This document shows, piece after piece, positions 10,008 through 19,527 of a DNA stretch of 64,000 nucleotides. How positions within the stretch are numbered: the stretch's first letter is position 1; each line of letters opens with the position of its first letter. The DNA comes from an uncultured bacterium (GTDB lineage Bacteria; Bacillota_I; Bacilli_A; RFN20; CAG-826), in assembly GCA_949297445.1 (NCBI GenBank), contig CASFSS010000007.1, forward strand, positions 8,042 to 72,041. The letters are read 5' to 3'. The translations under genes and the position numbers were made by a program. The notes beneath the pieces were generated by a model, which had not been told where the DNA came from, searched no databases, and saw only the letters and a list, made by a program, of their open reading frames with translations.

Positions 10008-11303
10008 ATGATTGCCAAAGCTCGGAAACTTCAATTGCCTAAAATTTTCACCGAGGAGCTTCCAACTCTTCGTTTTGTTGACCCCGATTTTGTCTATATC
10101 GCAACGAATAATGCACGCTGTAAAACGGCAGATTTATGCATCAAAGAAGGTGACTATTTAAAGATTGGTCAAATAATTGGCATGCGACATGGTGGCTTTT
10201 TTGAGCAACCAATTCATTCGACTGTTAGCGGTACATTTGTTGGTCTAGAAAAACATTATCATCGTAATGGAAAGATGGTTGATTTTATAAAGATTCAAAA
10301 CGATAAAAAAGATGTTTTTGATGAATCGCTATTTACTCGTTCGGACGAAGAAATTTTTAAAATGACTAAAGATGAAATTACCAAGGTGGTAAAAGATACT
10401 GCGCTGGTTGGTTTAGGTGGTTCATCTTTCCCAACTTATATTAAGTTTCAAACTGATTTACCAATTCATACGATTTTAATTAATGGTATTGAATGTGAGC
10501 CTTTATTGACTTCCGATTATCGCATTATGATGGAATACCCAGACCGTATCATGAAAGGTATTTCATATGTCATGCACGCTTTTAATGCAAAAAAAGCCAT
10601 TATTTGTTTTAAGAAAAAGCACAAAGATTTAAAACTTTTATACAAAGAGATAATTCGACGATACCCAGATATTGATGTGTCAATTGGCTTAATGGATGAC
10701 TTTTATCCGCAAGGCTGGGAAATTGCCATGATTAAAAAGGCCTTGCATATCGATGTTAAATCTGGTGAATTACCGAGTAAATATGGTGTCATGAATTTCA
10801 ATGTTTCAACTATTGTTGGTCTATATAAAGCTTTGAAGTATAATATGCCAGTTGTTAAAAGGAATATCACCATCACCGGCAACGGAATCAAATATCCACA
10901 AAATTTGCGAGTGCGTGTTGGAACAAGTATTCGTGAGCTTATTAATCTATGTGGTGGATATGTCGATGATGGACCATTTGTGTTTATTGTTGGTGGGCCA
11001 ATGATGGGAGCCTCTTTAGATTGTGATGATGTCATTATTACAAAAACGGTGACATCGATCATCGTCTTGAAGAAAATTGACTTTCAAGAAAATCCATGTA
11101 TTCGATGCGGAAGCTGTGGCTATTCATGCCCCACTAAATTGATGCCTTGGGCAATAATGAATGCTGTTAAATCATTAAATAAAGAGCGATTGAAAGCGTT
11201 GCATCCGGAACGCTGTATTGAGTGCGGATTATGTGCATATGCATGTACGAGCAAAATAAATGTAACTGACTACATTAGAAGGGCAAAGTTGTTGGCTAAA
11301 TAA
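10008..11303 (+). CDS. rnfC: Rnf electron-transport complex subunit C
   Basis: NADH/FMN-binding segment GLGGSSFPTYIKF and two ferredoxin-type motifs CIRCGSCGYSCP and CIECGLCAYACTS. Confidence 0.92.
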   Translation: MIAKARKLQLPKIFTEELPTLRFVDPDFVYIATNNARCKTADLCIKEGDYLKIGQIIGMRHGGFFEQPIHSTVSGTFVGLEKHYHRNGKMVDFIKIQNDKKDVFDESLFTRSDEEIFKMTKDEITKVVKDTALVGLGGSSFPTYIKFQTDLPIHTILINGIECEPLLTSDYRIMMEYPDRIMKGISYVMHAFNAKKAIICFKKKHKDLKLLYKEIIRRYPDIDVSIGLMDDFYPQGWEIAMIKKALHIDVKSGELPSKYGVMNFNVSTIVGLYKALKYNMPVVKRNITITGNGIKYPQNLRVRVGTSIRELINLCGGYVDDGPFVFIVGGPMMGASLDCDDVIITKTVTSIIVLKKIDFQENPCIRCGSCGYSCPTKLMPWAIMNAVKSLNKERLKALHPERCIECGLCAYACTSKINVTDYIRRAKLLAK

Positions 11304-11305
11304 TT

Positions 11306-12430
11306 ATGGTAACTTTTGTTAAGAGTAAAGCGCCCCATATCCGAAGAAAAGATTCGGTCAACCGCATGATGCTTGATGTCATCATCGCTTTGTTGCCGGT
11401 TACTGTTTTTGCTTTTGTAATGAGCGGACTAGATGCCCTAAAAGTTGTTGGCATATCTTTAGTGACGATGGTTGCCGCTGAAGCAATTTATGTTTGGATT
11501 CGATATACGCCATATCGTGATATTAAATATAAGGCAAACAAAGAAGAATTACCGACGCTTAGAGAACGTACGCGTTTCCGCTTCAATGCCTTTAAGGAGA
11601 AAACCAAGATTGCTTTTTCCAATTATCGCCTATATAACTTATTGTCGCCAATCGTAAGCGCATTAATTTTTGCGATGTGTATGCCTGCCGCTGCGCCGTG
11701 GTGGACAGTGTTAGTTTCTTCCTTATTTGGCATTGTGGTTGCTAAACTTCTTTTTGGTGGTCTAGGTCAAAATATCTTTAACCCAGCTGCGGCCGGAAGA
11801 GTCTTTTTTGGTCTCTGCTTCGGAACGACTGTTGCAACCTATTCGAATAATTTTGTCGATGTGGTTGCTGGCGGAACTCCTTTAGGACAATTGACCGGCG
11901 ATTTGCTCAATATAAATCAATATTCCTTGTTGGATTTATTTGTTGGTTTAGTTCCTGGCGCATTAGGCGAGGTGAGTACCGTTTGTATTTTGGCCGGAGC
12001 AATCTATTTATTTGCTCGTCGAGCGGCCGATATTCGAACGACTTTATCGATGATAATAACATTTGTTATTTTAGTCTTTTTCGCCTCGATTGCTTTGGGT
12101 GCCGATAATTATTTTGAATATACAGTCTATCATCTTTTATCGGGCGGTTTATTATTTGGGGCGGTATTTATGGTTACCGATCCTGTTACAACTCCTGCGA
12201 ATAAATTTGGTAGGATTTTGTATGGCACATTGGTAGCTATTTCAACCTTTTTAATTCGCTTTTTTGGCGCTTACCCAGAAGGTGTGGCTTTCTCGATTTT
12301 AATTTGCAATATATTAGTTCCGCTATTGGATTCACCAAAGTTAGCAATGAATCGTTTTCGCTGGTATCAGCCACTTATTATTGCTGGACTTATTGGAATA
12401 TTTGTGGGGGTAGCCTTCTTGGCTTTATAA
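11306..12430 (+). CDS. rnfD: Rnf complex subunit D (NqrB family)
   Basis: Polytopic membrane protein with NPAAAGRVFF and a conserved Thr-containing flavinylation region; operon position. Confidence 0.92.
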   Translation: MVTFVKSKAPHIRRKDSVNRMMLDVIIALLPVTVFAFVMSGLDALKVVGISLVTMVAAEAIYVWIRYTPYRDIKYKANKEELPTLRERTRFRFNAFKEKTKIAFSNYRLYNLLSPIVSALIFAMCMPAAAPWWTVLVSSLFGIVVAKLLFGGLGQNIFNPAAAGRVFFGLCFGTTVATYSNNFVDVVAGGTPLGQLTGDLLNINQYSLLDLFVGLVPGALGEVSTVCILAGAIYLFARRAADIRTTLSMIITFVILVFFASIALGADNYFEYTVYHLLSGGLLFGAVFMVTDPVTTPANKFGRILYGTLVAISTFLIRFFGAYPEGVAFSILICNILVPLLDSPKLAMNRFRWYQPLIIAGLIGIFVGVAFLAL

Positions 12431-12434
12431 AGCG

Positions 12435-12956
12435 ATGAAAAACTACATAAAATTTCCCTTGGTGTTAGGCTTAATTAGTGCGTGTAGTGGTTTGCTTATT
12501 GGCGGAGTTTATATGCTAGTCAATCCAACGATTGTCAATAATCAAAATGCCACTGAATTAGCGGCTCGGCAAGAAGTTTTTGCCGAGGCGACCGCCTTTG
12601 ATAAAATTGAACGCGACTTTAGCGATTGTACTTATTTAAAAGAGGTTTATGCCGCGACAAATGAAGATGGTTTACTAGGATATTTATATCGTGGCGAGGG
12701 AGCAAATTCTTATGGAGCAATTTCTCTATATGCCGGCATTATATCAGACGAGGTTGGAACGCTTAAGACTGTGTCTTTGTTGGAAAACACCCAGTCTTAT
12801 GCTTCAATTGTGAACGATTGGGTTAATGTGACTTTTTTAGCCCCAATCGATGATACAAATTCTATCGATGTATCTTGTGGCGCGACAAGAGGTGCAACCA
12901 TCGTTAAAAATATTGTTTTAGAAGCGCAAGCAGATTATTTGAAAGGAGGTTTTTAA
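12435..12956 (+). CDS. rnfG: Rnf complex subunit G (FMN-binding, NqrC family)
   Basis: N-terminal TM anchor plus FMN-bind domain with the S-G-A-T-type flavinylation motif (SCGATRGATIV). Confidence 0.85.
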   Translation: MKNYIKFPLVLGLISACSGLLIGGVYMLVNPTIVNNQNATELAARQEVFAEATAFDKIERDFSDCTYLKEVYAATNEDGLLGYLYRGEGANSYGAISLYAGIISDEVGTLKTVSLLENTQSYASIVNDWVNVTFLAPIDDTNSIDVSCGATRGATIVKNIVLEAQADYLKGGF

Positions 12957-13676
12957 ATGGAAAAAATCAGCAAAAAAAAGTTAATTTTGAATGGTTTATT
13001 TGTTGAAAACCCCTTATTTGTTATGCTTTTAGGAACCTGTCCATCCCTAGCGACGACAACTTCTATTGAAAGTGCATTAGGAATGGGTATTCTCTTTTTG
13101 CTAGTGTTAATCTGCTCGAATGTATTAATTTCTTTATGCCGAAAAATTATTCCGGATGATATACGCATTCCATCATTTATTGTCATTATTGCCACTTTCG
13201 TCACAATTGTTAAATTATTGACGGAAGCTTTTTTGCCTGAACTATATTCGACACTTGGTGTCTTTATTTCATTGATTGTCGTCAATTGTATTGTTTTAGG
13301 AAGAGCAGAGGCGTTTGCGTCTAAAAACAATGTGGTCGACTCTCTTTTAGACGGAATCGGAATGGGATTAGGATTTACGATGGCTTTGCTAATCATTGCT
13401 TTCTTCCGCGAATTAATTGGAACAGGCGGTTTTACAATTGGCAAAGTTTTTACATTCATTCCTGAAATGGAGTGGTTGCCTTTAAAAGATTATGCAATTT
13501 CCTTTTTTGTTATGCCTGGTGGTGCCTTCTTAGTTTTAGGAATTATTTTAGCCATCATGGCCGCTTATAAAAATAGCAAAGAAGCATTCAAAAAGAGTGT
13601 TTTAAAAGCCGAAAAAGAAAAAGCAAAATTACAAGCTCAAGCGCAGAATTCACCCGATAATGGAGGTAACAAATAA
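12957..13676 (+). CDS. rnfE: Rnf complex subunit E
   Basis: NqrD/RnfE family, LLGTCPSLATTT motif, 239 aa. Confidence 0.9.
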   Translation: MEKISKKKLILNGLFVENPLFVMLLGTCPSLATTTSIESALGMGILFLLVLICSNVLISLCRKIIPDDIRIPSFIVIIATFVTIVKLLTEAFLPELYSTLGVFISLIVVNCIVLGRAEAFASKNNVVDSLLDGIGMGLGFTMALLIIAFFRELIGTGGFTIGKVFTFIPEMEWLPLKDYAISFFVMPGGAFLVLGIILAIMAAYKNSKEAFKKSVLKAEKEKAKLQAQAQNSPDNGGNK

Positions 13677-14263
13677 TGAACGAATTTGTTGTATTTGTCC
13701 TCGCTATTATTAATGGAATGTTGATTGATAATGTAATATTATCGCGCTTTTATGGCATTTGTCCTTTCCTAGGCGTTTCTAAGAAAACTTCTAGCGCCTT
13801 AGGGATGGGAGTTGCTGTTACCCTTGTCATTTTATTAGCCACTTGCATATGTTGGCCAATTTATACATATGTGTTGACTCCTGCGAGCATCACTTTTATG
13901 GACACGATTGTCTTTATTTTGGTCATTGCATCTTTGGTACAAGTTGCCGCTTTAATCATCAAAAAATATAGTCCTACTTTGTATAATGCTCTTGGTATTT
14001 ATTTACCTTTAATTACGACAAACTGTGCTGTTTTAGGTGTTGTACAAGGCAATGCCGATAGTGCATATTCATTCTTAGATTCGCTCGCAAATGCTCTAGG
14101 TACTGGAATCGGCTTTTTAATTGTCATCGTTCTATTTTCATACATTAGGACCCATCTCGATGCGATGGATATTCCTAAAGCGATGAAGGGAGTGCCTATT
14201 GCTTTAATTACCGCCTCATTGATGGCGCTTGCCTTTTTAGGCTTTTCGGGGTTAATCTCATGA
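13676..14263 (+). CDS. rnfA: Rnf complex subunit A
   Basis: NqrE/RnfA family, YGICPFLGVSKKTSSALGMG motif, 195 aa. Confidence 0.9.
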   Translation: MNEFVVFVLAIINGMLIDNVILSRFYGICPFLGVSKKTSSALGMGVAVTLVILLATCICWPIYTYVLTPASITFMDTIVFILVIASLVQVAALIIKKYSPTLYNALGIYLPLITTNCAVLGVVQGNADSAYSFLDSLANALGTGIGFLIVIVLFSYIRTHLDAMDIPKAMKGVPIALITASLMALAFLGFSGLIS

Positions 14264-14478
14264 TTATATTAATTTCTCAAGTTGATTATATTCTTATTAC
14301 GATTGCCATTGTTGTAGTCTTGATTTTTATTTTTGCCATCTCGCTATATCTTTATAAGAAAACTCCCGAACCAACTGGTGGCCGCGTCAAAAAAAGTGAA
14401 GCATGTAAAACTTGTAGCATGTCTTCTTGTTCGTTTCGTGTAGAAGAAAAAACGAAAGGAAATAATCCAGATGAATGA
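14260..14478 (+). CDS. Small membrane protein with a Cys-rich tail (CKTCSMSSC), translationally coupled between rnfA and rnfB
   Basis: 72-aa ORF with one TM helix. ATGA overlap with the rnfA stop and 8-nt overlap with the rnfB start. Could be a spurious frame; no family recognised. Confidence 0.3.
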   Translation: MIILISQVDYILITIAIVVVLIFIFAISLYLYKKTPEPTGGRVKKSEACKTCSMSSCSFRVEEKTKGNNPDE

Positions 14479-14830
14479 GGGGCAATTTATTTTATTAGAA
14501 TCAGCGGTTGACTTGACATTTCTTTGGTCATTCTTAATTTTGCTTGCTTTAGGTGCGGTGCTTGGCGTTTTAATTTTCGTGGCCGTCAAATTTTTTACCG
14601 TCAAAGAAGATCCGCGCATTGCGGATGTTGAAAAAATGCTACCGAACGCTAATTGCGGTGCGTGTGGCTATCCTGGCTGTCACGGCTTTGCCGAAGCCTT
14701 AGTAAAGGGCAAAGAAAAGAAAGTCTCGAAATGTCGCGTTGGTAAAGAAGCGACAACATATGATCCTATTATTGCTTATTTAAGAGCCCATCCAAATGAA
14801 GATGGCAGTTCAATTGAGGTAACGAAATGA
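14471..14830 (+). CDS. rnfB: RnfB-like subunit, N-terminal domain only (TM helix plus CGACGYPGC...C cluster motif; no 2x[4Fe-4S] ferredoxin domain)
   Basis: FTVKEDPRIADVEKMLPNANCGACGYPGCHGFAEALVKG...KC aligns with the E. coli RsxB N-terminus ([29 protein letters not shown]...). The protein ends at 119 aa, where canonical RnfB continues with ferredoxin domains. Confidence 0.75.
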   Translation: MNEGQFILLESAVDLTFLWSFLILLALGAVLGVLIFVAVKFFTVKEDPRIADVEKMLPNANCGACGYPGCHGFAEALVKGKEKKVSKCRVGKEATTYDPIIAYLRAHPNEDGSSIEVTK

Positions 14831-15789
14831 AAAAAGTTTTTTATGCTTTTTTATCGTTTATGTTTTTGCCAACTCTTTTTTCTTGTTCATCGGCACCACA
14901 AGGTGTCTCTAAAGAGATTTATGCCTTTTCAACTTTAATCAATATTACGGCGTACGATTGTGATGAAACATACGTCAATGCTGCCGCTCAAATATTGGAG
15001 ACATATAACAAGTTGGCGGATAATTTTTTGTCGTATAGTGGATGTATCAACGTTAACGATATAAATAATGCTCCGAAAGAAACTCCTGTTGCAATCTCCG
15101 ATGAACTATTAAATTTATTAATTTTTTCTGAAAAAATGATGGCGGCGACCGACGGTTATTTTGACCCCTATTTAGGAACTATCACCTCTTTATATAAAGA
15201 AGCAATCGAATCAGAAACTGCGCCTAATATGGAACAAATTGCCGAGCTATTAAAGAAACGTCAAAATGGCCAAGTTACAATAGATAGTGTCAATAAAACC
15301 GTTACTTTGAGCGGTGATATTTCAATTGATTTAGGGGCGATTGCCAAGGGCTACGCTTTAAATAAAGTGAAAGAATATTTTGCCGGTAATAATATAACGC
15401 ATTATATTGTTAACGGTGGACTTTCTTCTATTGTTTTAGGTGAGAAACCAAACGATGAAAATGGATATAGTGTCGGCGTTAAGGGCCTCGATGATTATGT
15501 TGTGTATTTAAAAAATGTTTCCTTAGCAACTTCCTCAATATCTGAGCAATCATTTTCTATTAACGGCGAATTATATACGCATATTATCAATCCGTTTACC
15601 GGTTCTTCAAAGCCTTTATATTCTTTAGTTTTATTAAAAGGCAACGACGCAGGAATGCTCGACGCTTTTTCGACCGCTTTTATGAATATGAGCGAAGAGA
15701 TGATTGTTACAAAAGCAGAAGAGTACGGCTTTTCATATTTAGTTAGTAAGGATGGATCAAACATATATATTCGGAGCACTGATTTATGA
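14827..15789 (+). CDS. apbE: FAD:protein FMN transferase ApbE, lipoprotein
   Basis: Signal peptide plus lipobox LFSC; conserved GAIAKGYA motif; directly after rnfB, as in many rnf operons. Confidence 0.88.
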   Translation: MKKVFYAFLSFMFLPTLFSCSSAPQGVSKEIYAFSTLINITAYDCDETYVNAAAQILETYNKLADNFLSYSGCINVNDINNAPKETPVAISDELLNLLIFSEKMMAATDGYFDPYLGTITSLYKEAIESETAPNMEQIAELLKKRQNGQVTIDSVNKTVTLSGDISIDLGAIAKGYALNKVKEYFAGNNITHYIVNGGLSSIVLGEKPNDENGYSVGVKGLDDYVVYLKNVSLATSSISEQSFSINGELYTHIINPFTGSSKPLYSLVLLKGNDAGMLDAFSTAFMNMSEEMIVTKAEEYGFSYLVSKDGSNIYIRSTDL

Positions 15790-16175
15790 AAGAGGTTTTA
15801 AAGCGAAGAAGGGTCGAAATAGCAATTATTGGCGTTTTGCTGGTTATTTTGATTGCTTTTGCCGCTTCTTTTGCTTTTTATCGGCCAACTACTAATTTGT
15901 CAGCAACGATTTATAAGCGCGATGAAATATTGCTTGAATTAGACTTAACAAAGGAAGAGGAAGAACGAACTTTTTATTTAGAAAACATTGATGGCGAGAT
16001 GCTTATTGGCGTTAAAAAGAATGCTATCGCCGTTTTAAAATGCGATTGTCCACATCAAGACTGCGTCTATCAAGGATATGTGACGACGGCTAATGTTCCA
16101 ATCATCTGTGCTCATTACGCGATAACAATAGTTTTGACCTCTAATGATAGTGAAACGGATGTGATGGTTGGATGA
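15786..16175 (+). CDS. NusG domain II (NusG_II)-containing membrane-anchored protein
   Basis: N-terminal TM, then a small beta-rich domain with CDCPHQDC and ICAHYAIT motifs. Same family as the small proteins usually paired with Gx transporters. Overlaps the apbE stop. Confidence 0.55.
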   Translation: MKEVLKRRRVEIAIIGVLLVILIAFAASFAFYRPTTNLSATIYKRDEILLELDLTKEEEERTFYLENIDGEMLIGVKKNAIAVLKCDCPHQDCVYQGYVTTANVPIICAHYAITIVLTSNDSETDVMVG

Positions 16176-16753
16176 AATATATTCGACGCATTACATTTTT
16201 ATCGACATTAATCGCCCTTTCGCTCGCCTTATCGATAATTGAATCTTTTTATTTTCCATCATTAATAATTCCTGGCATTAAATTAGGACTGGCTAACATC
16301 GTCATTTTGTTAGTACTATATTTATTTGGTTTTAAAGAGGCGATGTTCGTATCGCTTCTACGTGTTTTTATTACATCTTTATTAATTGGCAATATTTTTC
16401 AAATTGGATTTTGCATGTCGATGTTTGGAGCCATTTTCTCGCTTCTAGTTATGTTTATTTTAAAAGCTATTTTCAAAAAAATATCCGTGGTGACGGTTTC
16501 TATTTTTGGCTCGCTATTTCATATTATTGGGCAGATTGTAGTGGCAATTATTTTCCTTGAAAATTTTTATATTATTTATTACTTCCCATTAATTGCTATC
16601 ATCGCAATTGTAACCGGGCTTTGTATCGGGGTAGTTGCTAATAAAATTTTAAAGTGCAACGCTTCTATAATTTTGTCGAGTTCTTATAAGGAAGATAAAA
16701 AACCTTCCGCACAAAGGGAAGGTTTTCTAATAAATGAAACTGATAAAAATTAA
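16172..16753 (+). CDS. Gx transporter family protein (heptaprenyl diphosphate synthase component I-like, ECF-S-like membrane protein)
   Basis: About 190 aa, five or six TM helices, glycine-rich GxGxxGx-like segments; overlaps the NusG_II gene stop. Confidence 0.6.
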   Translation: MKYIRRITFLSTLIALSLALSIIESFYFPSLIIPGIKLGLANIVILLVLYLFGFKEAMFVSLLRVFITSLLIGNIFQIGFCMSMFGAIFSLLVMFILKAIFKKISVVTVSIFGSLFHIIGQIVVAIIFLENFYIIYYFPLIAIIAIVTGLCIGVVANKILKCNASIILSSSYKEDKKPSAQREGFLINETDKN

Positions 16754-16920
16754 TCTTCGACGCTGATGGCACCTACTGGGCATTCAACTTCGAGTTCATC
16801 AACTTCAGGATTGACTGCTTCGGCTTTACCATCATCATCAAATTCGAAGACATCAGGGCGGGTGCCTACGCACAAACCGCAGCCGATGCAAGTATCTTTA
16901 TCAACATGAGCTTTTGGCAT
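16750..16920 (-). CDS. Small ferredoxin (single CxxCxxC...CP iron-sulfur cluster domain, 56 aa)
   Basis: Not in the ORF track (under 60 aa). Reverse-strand translation MPKAHVDKDTCIGCGLCVGTRPDVFEFDDDGKAEAVNPEVDELEVECPVGAISVED, with GGAGG 7 nt upstream. Its stop overlaps the Gx-transporter stop convergently. Confidence 0.75.
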   Translation of the reverse strand: MPKAHVDKDTCIGCGLCVGTRPDVFEFDDDGKAEAVNPEVDELEVECPVGAISVED

Positions 16921-17095
16921 TTTATTTCCTCCGTATTTCTTTTCTTAAATTATAATTTTTAGATATTTTTTTTACAATAACTTTGTCACCGGTTAAGACA
17001 AAATAAAATGAGATGAAAATTTTTTCTCTAATTTTATGTCATTTGTGACTACCGAAAAGAATTATTTTTGACTAAAATTATAAAAGAGTAAAATT

Positions 17096-17443
17096 ATGGC
17101 AACGACGCGTGTAGAAAAATTTAAATCATATCGTGATGAAATCAAAAGAATGGACGAAAATGAAAAAACCGCCCGTTCTAAGGCTTCGCGAAAAGTGGAT
17201 TCTTTTTTCGACGAAAATGATTATAAGCGCCTACAAGAAATGGATAAATCGACTATGTCGATTTCCTACGACGAGATTATGGATGCCGCAAGCGCTTATG
17301 ATGAAGATGAAAAAAGTAATTCTTACTCTTTAAAAATGCCGACAAGTAAACGTAAAATCTTTTTCTATTTACTTTGTGGCATTTTGCTTTTAGCGCTCGC
17401 TGCTTTAATCATCTATTTCGGATTGGATATTTGGGTCTTTTAA
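17096..17443 (+). CDS. Hypothetical tail-anchored protein (charged N-terminal region, C-terminal TM helix)
   Basis: 115-aa ORF with a weak RBS and no recognisable domain. Confidence 0.4.
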   Translation: MATTRVEKFKSYRDEIKRMDENEKTARSKASRKVDSFFDENDYKRLQEMDKSTMSISYDEIMDAASAYDEDEKSNSYSLKMPTSKRKIFFYLLCGILLLALAALIIYFGLDIWVF

Positions 17444-17445
17444 AA

Positions 17446-18114
17446 ATGAAAAAATTAGTTTCGATTGCAATTGATGGACCAGCAGCAGCTGGCAAGTCTA
17501 CCATCGCTAAAGCGGTGGCTAAACGGCTTGGCTATACCTATATTGATACGGGTGCCATGTATCGCGCTTTTACTTATTACGTCCTTAAAAAAGGCGTTGA
17601 TCCTCGTAACGAAGAGGCTTCGGTGGCATTGATTCCTGAAGTGAAAATCACTCTTCATCCAGATGGCACCGTGATATGTAGTGGGGAAGATGTTACGCGG
17701 GCTATTCGCGAGATACGCGTTTCTTCCTGCGTCTCTTACATTGCCAGTTATCCTAAAATTCGGCTTGCCTTGGTCGACGAACAAAGGGCAATGGCTAAAT
17801 GTGACAATGTGGTGATGGATGGTCGAGATATCGGCACCTATGTTTTGCCAGACGCTTTAATAAAAATCTTTATGGTAGCATCCGTCGAAGAAAGGGCGAA
17901 ACGTCGCTATAAAGAAAATGTTGAAAAGCACATTGCTTGCTCTTATGAAGATATTGTAAATGATGTTCGCGAACGCGATAGAATTGACTCTTCTCGCGCT
18001 TTTGCGCCTTTAAAACCCGCCAGCGATGCCATTGAAATCGATACATCAAATATGACCATTGAAGAAGTTATTAAAACGGTCATGGATATAATTGAAAGCA
18101 AGGTTAAAAACTGA
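17446..18114 (+). CDS. cmk: Cytidylate kinase
   Basis: P-loop IAIDGPAAAGKST... Start moved to ATG 17446 (MKKLVSIAIDGP); the track extension from 17374 is non-coding. Confidence 0.92.
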   Translation: MKKLVSIAIDGPAAAGKSTIAKAVAKRLGYTYIDTGAMYRAFTYYVLKKGVDPRNEEASVALIPEVKITLHPDGTVICSGEDVTRAIREIRVSSCVSYIASYPKIRLALVDEQRAMAKCDNVVMDGRDIGTYVLPDALIKIFMVASVEERAKRRYKENVEKHIACSYEDIVNDVRERDRIDSSRAFAPLKPASDAIEIDTSNMTIEEVIKTVMDIIESKVKN

Positions 18115-18117
18115 TAA

Positions 18118-19425
18118 ATGGCCTTACCACTTGTAGCAATCGTCGGTGCACCTAATGTTGGCAAGTCAACGATTTTTAATCGTTTTGTCGGCCGACGACA
18201 TTCAATTGTGGACGATAATCCTGGTGTAACTCGTGATAGAATATATTGTAATGCCGAGTGGCTTGGCCGCGAGTTTAGACTGGTCGACACTGGCGGCATA
18301 GAGATTTCGAATCGCCCGTTTCAAGAACAAATAAGACAGCAGGCAGAAATAGCCATTTTAGAAGCCGATGTCATTTTATATATTGTCGATGGGAAAAACG
18401 GTGTTACTACCGATGATCGAATGGTAGCAAAAATGTTGCTTAAAGCTAATAAGCCAATCGTTTTTGCCGTCAATAAAATTGATAATAAGGAATCGCTCGT
18501 TAGCGTTTATGATTTTTATTCGCTCGGTTTAGGTGAGCCAATTGCTTTAAGCGGTGAGCACGGCATTGGCGTAGGAGATGTTTTAGATAAAATAGTTTCC
18601 TTGTTGCCAATAAAAGAAGAAGAAACCAATAATGACGCAATCACTTTTTCGGTTGTTGGGCGGCCTAATGTCGGCAAATCTTCTCTCGTCAATGCAATCT
18701 TACAAAAGGAGCGAACAATCGTGTCTTCAATTGAAGGTACCACTCGTGATAGCGTCGATACGTATTTTAATAAAGACGGTCAAGATTATATTGTTATTGA
18801 CACGGCCGGCTTAAAAAAACGCGGCAAAATTTATGAAAATATTGATAAATATGCAATGTTAAGAGCGCTCTCATCAATTGATAGAAGCGATATTGTCATT
18901 CTGGTTATTGATGCAACAACTTCCATTGTTGAACAAGATAAACATGTAGCCGGATTAATAAGTGAAGGCAAAAAAGGCGCAATTATTGTCGTCAATAAAT
19001 GGGACGAAGCTAAACATTTAAATCTTAATAAGAATGAATTTGAAAAAGAAATCAGGAAAAATTTTGTCTTTTTAAGTTACGCTCCAATCGTCTTTTTATC
19101 GGCGAAGAATCGCACTGGAATCGAAGAATTATTTTCGGCGATTGCCCAAGTCCATCAAGCCTATGATACGCACATTTCAACTAGTGTTTTAAATACTTTG
19201 GTAAACGAAGCTTCCTTGTTGAATCCGGCCCCTGATTTTAACGGCGGTCGTTTAAAGATTTATTATGCTAGTCAAGTTAAATCACGCCCACCGACAATCG
19301 TCTTTTTTGTCAATAATCCCCGTTATATGCATTTTTCTTACGAACGCTATTTAGAAAATAAATTGAGAGAAGCCTTTTCTTTTGACGGTACACCGATTGA
19401 TATTATTTTGCGTGAACGCACTTAA
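18118..19425 (+). CDS. der: Ribosome biogenesis GTPase Der (EngA), tandem GTPase domains
   Basis: Two G domains (GAPNVGKST and GRPNVGKSS) plus a KH-like C-terminus. Confidence 0.93.
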   Translation: MALPLVAIVGAPNVGKSTIFNRFVGRRHSIVDDNPGVTRDRIYCNAEWLGREFRLVDTGGIEISNRPFQEQIRQQAEIAILEADVILYIVDGKNGVTTDDRMVAKMLLKANKPIVFAVNKIDNKESLVSVYDFYSLGLGEPIALSGEHGIGVGDVLDKIVSLLPIKEEETNNDAITFSVVGRPNVGKSSLVNAILQKERTIVSSIEGTTRDSVDTYFNKDGQDYIVIDTAGLKKRGKIYENIDKYAMLRALSSIDRSDIVILVIDATTSIVEQDKHVAGLISEGKKGAIIVVNKWDEAKHLNLNKNEFEKEIRKNFVFLSYAPIVFLSAKNRTGIEELFSAIAQVHQAYDTHISTSVLNTLVNEASLLNPAPDFNGGRLKIYYASQVKSRPPTIVFFVNNPRYMHFSYERYLENKLREAFSFDGTPIDIILRERT

Positions 19426-19527
19426 ATAAAGCATAATACAAAGTATATTTGCAAAAATTTCTAGCAAAAAATATTTTTTCTTTTTCGTTTTTATATGGTA
19501 ATATGTTGTTAATTAGGAGGTCATAAA

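Noticed and set aside
14260-14478. Treating the 72-aa ORF as a confident gene
   Set aside because: Only translational-coupling geometry supports it. The sequence is low-complexity and matches no family I know. It is listed at low confidence.
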